The notes below the pieces were generated by a model, which was given only the letters and a program-made list of their open reading frames with translations, was not told the DNA's origin and did not search any database. A stretch of DNA of 64,000 bases from contig JAUPSS010000005.1 in the NCBI GenBank assembly GCA_040285825.1, forward strand, positions 1,488,001 to 1,552,000. Reading direction: 5' to 3'. Of the stretch, positions 56,397-64,000 are shown one piece after another. This DNA comes from Eukaryota sp. TZLM1-RC. Taxonomy: Eukaryota > Protista > Metamonada: BaSk clade. Both the position numbers and the translations under genes were made by a program. Position 1 is the first letter of the stretch; the number at the start of each line of letters is the position of its first letter.

Positions 56397-59300
56397 ATGT
56401 CACTGTCTGTATCTTCTACCCTATTCAACTGGCTTGTGGATTATGGTACCTTATCAGATGAATGTGGTGTCGTTCATGGAGAGAAAGTTTTGATACATGA
56501 ACAGTACCTTCCGAAATTCCTCAATGGTATCATTTTGGGACAGCATCTCAAAAACCTCAATCAGCTGCTTTGTTTTGTTGAAAAGGTCTCCTTTGCTTCT
56601 CTTCTTGAACTGAATACCGAATCCGCACGTTCTCAGAACTGGGAACACATCAATACCACTCTACGACATTTGTTCAACGTACAGTTACCACCATCTACTC
56701 TTTCCTCCATAATTTCTGGGGACGTGAGCCTGGTTATTAAACTAATGGAAGAATTGGTTGTACTCGTCAACCGCCACGTAAGCAAGCTAGTTTCTATCAA
56801 ATTCGACCGTCATGTTCTCCCTCATAGACAGCAACTCTCCTTATTTCCTCAACCAACACACAGTCATGAGTCGATTGAGGCTGATGTAGTTGCTGATGAC
56901 GTGCCTCTCTGCTTCCAATCCCCTTTGTTAGATCTCTTGAGCTCAAGTCAAGTCAAGTCAAGCAGTGTCGTCACCACTTCGATTTTTGACCTTTTGTGTA
57001 GTTGTATGTCTGTCTCTTTCAATGTATCGCTCAAAAAGGCAGGAAATCTGTTGACTTCTCAGCGCCACGTCATCAGTTCTATTTTTAGCATTGGTGAGGG
57101 ATCAATTACTTCATCAATTTCCACTTCATTTTCATTCTCTAGATGGAATAGAGTGGAGAAATTCCTCAACCTGCTTGGTACCAACATTGATGTTATGGTT
57201 GATCTGACAAGTGAAAATATTCAAGCTGATCTTCCATTGATCCTTTCTGTTATTGCTCCTTCGTTATACGCACCAAAGGTTGCCCAACAATTACCTAATG
57301 ACTTGTCAGAAAAGTCAATGGAAGTCACAGGACAGGTAGCTCATAATTGTGGCTTTTTGATTAGTGAAATTATTAGAAAATTGCTATTAAAATATCCGGA
57401 TTCTGACGGACTTTCAACGTTTTTCTCATGGTTATTGACCCCTTCAGTGACTGTCATGACGTCACCAGACACGTCATTATTAGCATCTGATTTTGTTGAA
57501 GTTTCAGGCTTAACTCTTTTGTGTATGTCAGCAATTTGTGTACATCAAAGCAGCTCAACCAATCAATCACTTTTGACTTTGATTGACTCAATATTGAGCC
57601 TTGATTATGACAAATTTCTTTACCCTTCTAAAAATTGGTCTCTCAGATCTTTGTTTCCTGGGAGCTGTGCGTTTTTGGAATTTGTTAATTTATTAATTCC
57701 TTTCATTTCAAATGGGCAAAATTATGAATATTTCACTCAATCATCAGTTCCTCTATCAATTTTTGATTATGCACGTGATAGAGTAGTCAACCAGTTTAAA
57801 TCAATCAAAACCAGATCCAGTGCTTTAAAATCTATTTCACTTCTTTGGCGACATTTTCCTGAATCAATCCCTTCTTCTTTATCTGTGGTCTTGACTGATT
57901 TGATCCAAAACGTCCTTTTTCCAACCAATGAAGCGGATTTAAATCTGGAATTAGTTGAAGTTTGCCTGGTTTGCATATTTGAATTATTAATGTTTTCTCT
58001 GGGAAATAATGGTTCCATTAATTCTTCCACTTCATTGGGGCCATTTTTCTTTACAAATTTGGTTCAATGTTTAATTCAATTTTTCGACATTGGCAGGATT
58101 CGATCACTAGTTCTTAATTGCTTGCACAAATTGGTTACTGCTATACCATCTCTTCCACTAATGACCGTGGTTAATTCATTGTTTTTTGCTCGAGGTAGGA
58201 ATCCGAACAGTCCTTTGGTCTCCTTAGAAGTGTTGTTGGTCAATCTTTTGGTCAATCAATTCAGAGATCAATTGAGCTCTGATGAAATTTTCACCAAATT
58301 TTTAACATATTTTTCTCAATGTCTATTATCAAATTCGAGTTCATTATTGGTTCCATTTGGCCAAATTATGTTTCAATATATAATTCCCAATTTAAATGAA
58401 TCAAGGGAAAAAATTGTAATTAATTCTTTCAAAACTTTTTTCCTCTTGCTGCGAGAAAAAGATGAAAGTTCAGAACAAGCCCTAATTGCACGTCTTTTCC
58501 CAATATTTCAGGTCTTCCATGGTCTTCCTGATCAGGGATCAAAAAAGGGATCAGCTAGAACTTTATTGTATGTCGCTATTGACGAATATTTGAAATTTTT
58601 GAAAAGAATTGACAAGACCGCAAATTCTGAAACTTCATTATCCAAAGTTTGTTCGTTTATTTCAAAGTCCCTGTCATCTCCCCACACAATCAATCAAATT
58701 GACGTCACCCAGTTTTTAACCCTCAATCTGTCAGAAATCAAATCAACAGTCAATTTAACCTTAATCACATTTTTGAAATCGGAAACTGTTTACGATGACG
58801 AATCAACTCAAGATGAAGATGCCGAGGATGATGACGTTTTCGAAAGAGTTCCAATCAATCTACCATCAATCACATCTGATTCAGTTACCGTTCCTCACAG
58901 TCAACTCTTTGAAAGAGAGGTCATAGTAGAATGGTTGAGTAAACCGCCAATTGAATCAACTAATAAACCCTTGGATGAGAGGCATGAGGAGTCAAAGGTA
59001 TTGGAAAAGATGAGACCAGAAACAAGAATTCAAAGGGAACGGAGTAAGATGTATATGAAGAGGAATCAAAAAATGATTGAAGAGGTCAAGAACAGACGAG
59101 AGGCTCAAATTGAAAAGGAAAATGAGGAAAAGAGAAGGGAAATTGAGAGAAGATCTTCATTGAAAAGAGCTCTGGCTCGAATCAGAAGAAAAAGGAAAGC
59201 AGAATTAGAGAAACTACAAAATGACACGTCATCAGTTCAAAATGACACGTCATCAGTTCAAAATGATGAAGACAATAATGGAAAATCTTTGAAAAATAGA

Positions 59301-60545
59301 CACTCTATTTTATCCTTATTTAATGATTTTGAACCATTTGAATTGACTTCTGGTGAGTTCTACATCTTTGTCGAATCTAATAGAAAAATTAAGACAAAAT
59401 TTTCACCACTTTCCTCAATTTTTCCAAAGTTGACCGTTCAAAAGATTTCCAAACGCCAATCAAATTCTGATGATCCTCTTATCATCCATGCACGTCATCA
59501 TCGCCTTTGCCAGTTAGAAACACGACTACTATCCGATCTCGATTTTGATTGTGAAACCAAAGAGGTTATTGAGGACAATGCTATTGATATCCATTCCCTT
59601 GATTTGACCAAAACGGGCGATCACTCCATTTTAAGAATGCTTAATACTCAGTTGTTTTCTGAAATAAGTAAATTTATTAATGAACAACGGGAATTTAGAA
59701 GGTCAAAAATTGACGCTTATTCACGTCATCGCTCAAAATTAGAAGCTCAAAAAGCAGAAGAAAAGAGAAGAAAAGATGAAGAATACAGATCTGAATTGAA
59801 TAGAATTAAGAAAAGGGATTTGGAGTTAAAATCACAATTAAATGAATTAAGCCAGGTTTATTCATTTATTAATGAATTCAGGAAACTGGATGAGTATAGT
59901 TGTAATTATGAAGAAAAATATTTTAAAACGCCTGCTGAAAAGCGATTATCAAAGGCAAGAGAAATGGAAAAGTCTAGAATAGCTCAGAAAAAGGAAGAAA
60001 ATAATCGCAATTTTGAGCTCAAAATGATGGAGTTTCATGATAATTATTCAATGCGGATATCTCTTTACCAAAGGAAACTAGCTCAGAAATCTAAAGAAAG
60101 GGTCAAAAAACAGAAGAAAAAAGAAGAAATGAAAGCTAAGTTGATTGAGGAAATGAAAGAAAAGGCCAAAAGAGAAAAACAACAAAGGTTATCAAAATCG
60201 AAAGAATTGCAGCCGGTTCTAATGACAAGAGCTGAAAAAGCTTTGGAACACGCCAGAAAAAAGAGGGATTATGTAAATTCATTTCACGTGGAGGAGGAAG
60301 AACCACCAATTAGTAAGGCAAAGGAGATGTTGAACAAAACCGTAAAACCAAAGGTATCAACTTGGAGAAGGGATCAAAGTATTGAAAATTTGAAGAATGT
60401 CATGTCTTCTGACAATATGGTAAGCTCTGATCAAAGTCAGGAGCAAAATTTTGAAGAGATAAAGGAAGAAATAGAAGGTCAAGAAGATTCTGAAATTGAA
60501 GAAGACATTAAAGAAGTAGAAGAAGAAGGAATTGTCCAAGGTTAG
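56397..60545 (+). CDS. Large protein: CH-like N-terminus, helical middle, charged coiled-coil C-terminus
   Basis: 1382-aa uninterrupted ORF; LFNWL...FLNGIILG...ARSQNWEHI...IISGD; in-frame 21-bp tandem repeat at 59217-59266. Confidence 0.75.
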   Translation: MSLSVSSTLFNWLVDYGTLSDECGVVHGEKVLIHEQYLPKFLNGIILGQHLKNLNQLLCFVEKVSFASLLELNTESARSQNWEHINTTLRHLFNVQLPPSTLSSIISGDVSLVIKLMEELVVLVNRHVSKLVSIKFDRHVLPHRQQLSLFPQPTHSHESIEADVVADDVPLCFQSPLLDLLSSSQVKSSSVVTTSIFDLLCSCMSVSFNVSLKKAGNLLTSQRHVISSIFSIGEGSITSSISTSFSFSRWNRVEKFLNLLGTNIDVMVDLTSENIQADLPLILSVIAPSLYAPKVAQQLPNDLSEKSMEVTGQVAHNCGFLISEIIRKLLLKYPDSDGLSTFFSWLLTPSVTVMTSPDTSLLASDFVEVSGLTLLCMSAICVHQSSSTNQSLLTLIDSILSLDYDKFLYPSKNWSLRSLFPGSCAFLEFVNLLIPFISNGQNYEYFTQSSVPLSIFDYARDRVVNQFKSIKTRSSALKSISLLWRHFPESIPSSLSVVLTDLIQNVLFPTNEADLNLELVEVCLVCIFELLMFSLGNNGSINSSTSLGPFFFTNLVQCLIQFFDIGRIRSLVLNCLHKLVTAIPSLPLMTVVNSLFFARGRNPNSPLVSLEVLLVNLLVNQFRDQLSSDEIFTKFLTYFSQCLLSNSSSLLVPFGQIMFQYIIPNLNESREKIVINSFKTFFLLLREKDESSEQALIARLFPIFQVFHGLPDQGSKKGSARTLLYVAIDEYLKFLKRIDKTANSETSLSKVCSFISKSLSSPHTINQIDVTQFLTLNLSEIKSTVNLTLITFLKSETVYDDESTQDEDAEDDDVFERVPINLPSITSDSVTVPHSQLFEREVIVEWLSKPPIESTNKPLDERHEESKVLEKMRPETRIQRERSKMYMKRNQKMIEEVKNRREAQIEKENEEKRREIERRSSLKRALARIRRKRKAELEKLQNDTSSVQNDTSSVQNDEDNNGKSLKNRHSILSLFNDFEPFELTSGEFYIFVESNRKIKTKFSPLSSIFPKLTVQKISKRQSNSDDPLIIHARHHRLCQLETRLLSDLDFDCETKEVIEDNAIDIHSLDLTKTGDHSILRMLNTQLFSEISKFINEQREFRRSKIDAYSRHRSKLEAQKAEEKRRKDEEYRSELNRIKKRDLELKSQLNELSQVYSFINEFRKLDEYSCNYEEKYFKTPAEKRLSKAREMEKSRIAQKKEENNRNFELKMMEFHDNYSMRISLYQRKLAQKSKERVKKQKKKEEMKAKLIEEMKEKAKREKQQRLSKSKELQPVLMTRAEKALEHARKKRDYVNSFHVEEEEPPISKAKEMLNKTVKPKVSTWRRDQSIENLKNVMSSDNMVSSDQSQEQNFEEIKEEIEGQEDSEIEEDIKEVEEEGIVQG

Positions 60546-60700
60546 ACCTTTAAACTGTATTATTTAAGTAATCTTTTGTGTATAAATTTAATTGAGAAAA
60601 CCAAATCGAATTGAAGTTTATTCTCAAAAAAAGACAACATCAATTTAAAAATATTTAAAAATAAATAAACTAATAAACTAATAAAATCAAACTAAAAACT

Positions 60701-61387
60701 CTACAAAATACCGTATTTCATTTCAAATGCAGTAAGAACTCTTGAAAGACAACCAGCTCCCGACATTGGGTACTCAGAAATTGCTATTTCATTATTATGG
60801 TAGTCAATATCTACTTTACCGTGAGCGTGAGAACCAACCACAAACACCACTGGATCAGAATTCGAAAGACTTCTTGCATAGTCAAATATATTGACACACT
60901 CTGTTGCGGAATAAGAACACAATATCTTGGGAACACCTGATGGCAGATGCTGTTCAATCGGAGCCTTGACAATTCGGAGAAGTTTATCTGGACCATCAGC
61001 AGCTCGTATGGATAGCTTATGGAGGAGCTGTACCATTAGGGCTGAAAAACGCTTAAATGTACGAGGGATTCTGAGTTGAGGGTTGACCTCTATGATCACT
61101 CCCCTTCTAGTCCGGAGAAAGACCTGTAGAAGACCTGCCTTGTTTAGTGGTGAATCCAAGAGCGTCATGAGACACTGATGTACGATATCAGGACGATATT
61201 CACCCGTATCACGATTCAGCTTGCGCAAATAACCAACATGATCATCAGAGTTTAAAAGCTGGTAACGGTCCCTAGTTTTAGCTGTTTCCAGTCCACAGTT
61301 CTCAAGAACTACAAAAAGACGAGGCCCTGAGTTACGTTCCGCTGCATTTTGAGGTAGCTGTGGTGCTTTGGGTTTTGGAAGACTCAT
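60701..61387 (-). CDS. EMG1: 18S rRNA pseudouridine methyltransferase Nep1/Emg1
   Basis: LLNSDDH, RPDIVHQCLMTLLDSPLNKAG, RIPRTFKRF. Confidence 0.96.
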   Translation of the reverse strand: MSLPKPKAPQLPQNAAERNSGPRLFVVLENCGLETAKTRDRYQLLNSDDHVGYLRKLNRDTGEYRPDIVHQCLMTLLDSPLNKAGLLQVFLRTRRGVIIEVNPQLRIPRTFKRFSALMVQLLHKLSIRAADGPDKLLRIVKAPIEQHLPSGVPKILCSYSATECVNIFDYARSLSNSDPVVFVVGSHAHGKVDIDYHNNEIAISEYPMSGAGCLSRVLTAFEMKYGIL

Positions 61388-61930
61388 TGTTGAAAATGAT
61401 GTTTATAGAAGTAAATGAGCTGATGTTGGAGAATTCTTTGTTTTTCAATAAGATTGAACTGAATCCCTCTTGAACCCATATGTTTTTAACAGAAATTCTG
61501 CAAAGTCATTATAGCTGAAAAAATTAAGCCGCTTCTTTTCAAATGATGCCGAAAGAATCGTTGGTTTTAATATAGGAAATTGGAAATCAACAACCATTGA
61601 TTTTAACCTTCAAGGTTGATTGCAAACTGATAAAATTCTTGAACCCTTTTTTGGCAGCAGATATATGTACAGTAAGCGGTGTAATTATTTTGAACCAGAC
61701 TAATTTTCTATTATTTTCCTGATAGCAATTTGTTGCTTTTCCTTGTCAGGTACAGTTAATGATATTTTCACGTGCTTCTTTTGTTGAATTACTCAAGTCA
61801 CTTGGCCTAACTTGGAAATGCACAAGTCTGCTTGATTTCGATGTGAAAGATTGACGACCAATTATTTAATATATTTAATTATATTGGATATTGTTCCTGG
61901 AATTCTATCAATTTAACAATCATTTCGAAG

Positions 61931-62584
61931 TTACAAGTATAGTTTATTTTGTTTGATGTAATCCAGAACTGGTTGGCTGATGTAAGTTAGTACTTCATTG
62001 TCAGACTCCCCTCTTGCGATCAACTCTCGTGTAGCGGTCGAACTAATGGGACGCTCCTCAAGCTTGTTGCAAGGGATAAAAGAGTCCCTGAATCTACAAA
62101 GTCGGGTGGTTTCTATTACGCTATCAAGATCTGTTACACCTCTTTGTATAACGATCACTTTGAACTCTGATAATAAGGGTTCCAAAGTTTCTATAGGCCA
62201 TAACACAGGTGATGAACAACTCATCTGCTCAACAAGGTCAGCACCTGACAACATTAGTACTTTGTGGTTGGAGTACTGATCTTGAATACGTTTGAGGACA
62301 GTGTAAGATCTGACATAGTTTTTTTGATTGGATTCCCACTCATCAATACAAATAAGAGATCTTATGGGAGAAAGACCAATAGCTTTGTTGAGCATATTCA
62401 AGCGATGTATGATAGGCAGAAGACCGGGTTTGCCATAATGGTTGGAAACAGGTGAAACAATCACTTGCTGAACAGAATATCCATGTTTTTCTGCACAGGA
62501 CACCCCCTCCTCCATCATGGCAATATGAAGCTTTGTTGGAGGGTTGAAGGAGCCAAGAAAGACGAGTATAGTTGGATAACCCAT
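61931..62584 (-). CDS. NMNAT: Nicotinamide/nicotinate mononucleotide adenylyltransferase
   Basis: GSFNPPTKLH, SPVSNHYGKPGL, HRLNM, WES, GADL, ISST..R, VLDYIKQNKLY. First ATG is at 62584. Confidence 0.92.
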   Translation of the reverse strand: MGYPTILVFLGSFNPPTKLHIAMMEEGVSCAEKHGYSVQQVIVSPVSNHYGKPGLLPIIHRLNMLNKAIGLSPIRSLICIDEWESNQKNYVRSYTVLKRIQDQYSNHKVLMLSGADLVEQMSCSSPVLWPIETLEPLLSEFKVIVIQRGVTDLDSVIETTRLCRFRDSFIPCNKLEERPISSTATRELIARGESDNEVLTYISQPVLDYIKQNKLYL

Positions 62585-62769
62585 TCTTACAGACAATGCT
62601 CGAACAATAAAGCATGTTCAAGCATTCTGAATTCTGATTGAAAAGTGTTGTCTTATTTATTCTTGATATTTAAGAAAAAAGCATCAGACACAAGGATGGA
62701 TCGGCTGAATCATCTGAACGTTTGGTCCCTCCAGAATGGTAATTTCATCACTGGTGGAAAACTTTAAAA

Positions 62770-63270
62770 TAAATTTTTATTATTATTATTAAATTATTCT
62801 AAAAAATACAGTCTAAAAGTCAATATCTTCAAAACAAACTTCCACACTAACAAACCGTACAGCAGCAATATTTTTAGAATGGGCACTGAGAGACATCAGA
62901 GCTTTCGAAATCATTTTAGGAATTACTTTGAAAATAGTAAAAACAATACCATTAACCAGAAACAACGATCATTCATTCTTCTTTTTACAAGATATTCAAA
63001 TAGATCAATAAAAATCATTGCAGTGTTTCTAAGACGTCTATACAAAGAACTAGCAAATGGGCAACTTTGGCAACCCACATGTTTCAATTCTTTTATTGAA
63101 TTTGTATACAATTCTGAATCACAAAGAAGCGATACTTCTCAAAATACATGTGATGAACCGATTATTTAAGTCCCTTTTTTATTGTCAACTTAATCATCTT
63201 AAATCTATGGAAAAACGTTGATTGTTGACAATTAATTCTAAATGTTAACTCTTGTATTACCACTTTTTAT
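62770..63270 (-). mobile_element. 3' fragment of RLE retrotransposon (EDIDF* subfamily)
   Basis: VFTIFKVIPKMISKAL...VCFEDIDF* matches the C-terminus of 16483-17493. Confidence 0.8.
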
Positions 63271-63280
63271 TCATATAAAT

Positions 63281-64000
63281 CTAATTGGAAAAGTTCCACA
63301 AACTAGCTCTGGCTATTGGCCCTGCTCTACTACGAGTGGAAGCACTTTGAATTTCTGTCCCTGGTGAAAAAGGTGATGGCGGTGATAGGGGTGTTAGGGG
63401 TGTGGGACGATAATTTAACCCAGATGATGTTAATGGAGGCAAATCATCAGGTAGATGAATGTCCACTCCCTTCTTCACCTCATCTATTGACCAGACCTTT
63501 GTCCACATCTCGGGTTGCATGTTCAAAGAAAGGTAATTGTGAAAATACGGAACTTTCAGATTAGGATCTTCATCAGAAGGCATCCTCTTTTTGGGAAGGT
63601 ATTCAAAAAGATTGTAAAACAATGCAAATACTCTGAACAACGATAAAACTAATCGGTAGAGAGGTGCCAGTAACACTACAACGAGAGGACTTTGGAGGTC
63701 CTTTCGACGGCGTAATTTGACATAGTTAAAAGCAAAAAACACAATATACTGGAGCAAAAGCACTCTGAAATATATCAAGAATAATGAATTAACATCATCA
63801 TGCATGACAAAGTACAAAATAATTAAGAAATGGAAATAATCCCTGATGATAGTGATAATTTCATAAATATAAAATGGCTTGAGAATGATGGTGTTAACGT
63901 TCCAATAGCGTACTAAATGCTCCAGGTACTTGAAGAAGAATCTGTGGGCACACGCATCCTACAGTTAAATGGGAAAAAGAGTCACAAACCCATGATTTGA
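63281..64000 (-). CDS. Membrane glycosyltransferase family 2-like protein, 3' part; intron 63959-63989
   Basis: Splicing gives ..KSW/DACAHRFFFKYL (the QxxRW-like region) followed by TM helices. The gene starts beyond the window. Confidence 0.6.

Noticed and set aside
3917-61387. Alternative genetic code or stop-codon readthrough
   Set aside because: Conserved host genes translate full length in the standard code and end in TAA, TAG and TGA.

Overview
AT-rich, gene-dense eukaryotic (protist-like) DNA. Genes are almost intron-free; two genes carry 31-nt GT-AG introns. Housekeeping genes include TAF10, PRP39, CPSF4/YTH1, FCP1, AP-4 mu (inverted pair), glucosidase II beta, a Wee1/Myt1 kinase, EMG1, NMNAT and tRNA-Asp. 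Between them lie a 6-copy RING+Sel1 tandem array and much mobile DNA: RLE-type non-LTR retrotransposon fragments, two MULEs, one hAT and a pogo-like relic. The main result is five loci of Fanzor (eukaryotic TnpB-like RNA-guided nuclease) from at least two lineages. Two of them, D (42.5-45.9 kb) and E (49.0-51.6 kb), both on the minus strand, keep the full RuvC D-E-D triad and zinc finger, and their breaks can all be placed at 1-nt indels in homopolymer runs. Both have a structured 3' region (candidate omegaRNA) ending in CACAG, and this end can pair with an internal CTGTG segment whose flanking bases co-vary. Both sit between 10-12-bp direct repeats and have no terminal inverted repeats. At two Fanzor 3' ends the terminal motif is duplicated around a 14-nt spacer, resembling a minimal repeat-spacer guide array. 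All calls come from reading motifs by eye; no searches were run. A free-living metamonad-like flagellate as host is only a guess.
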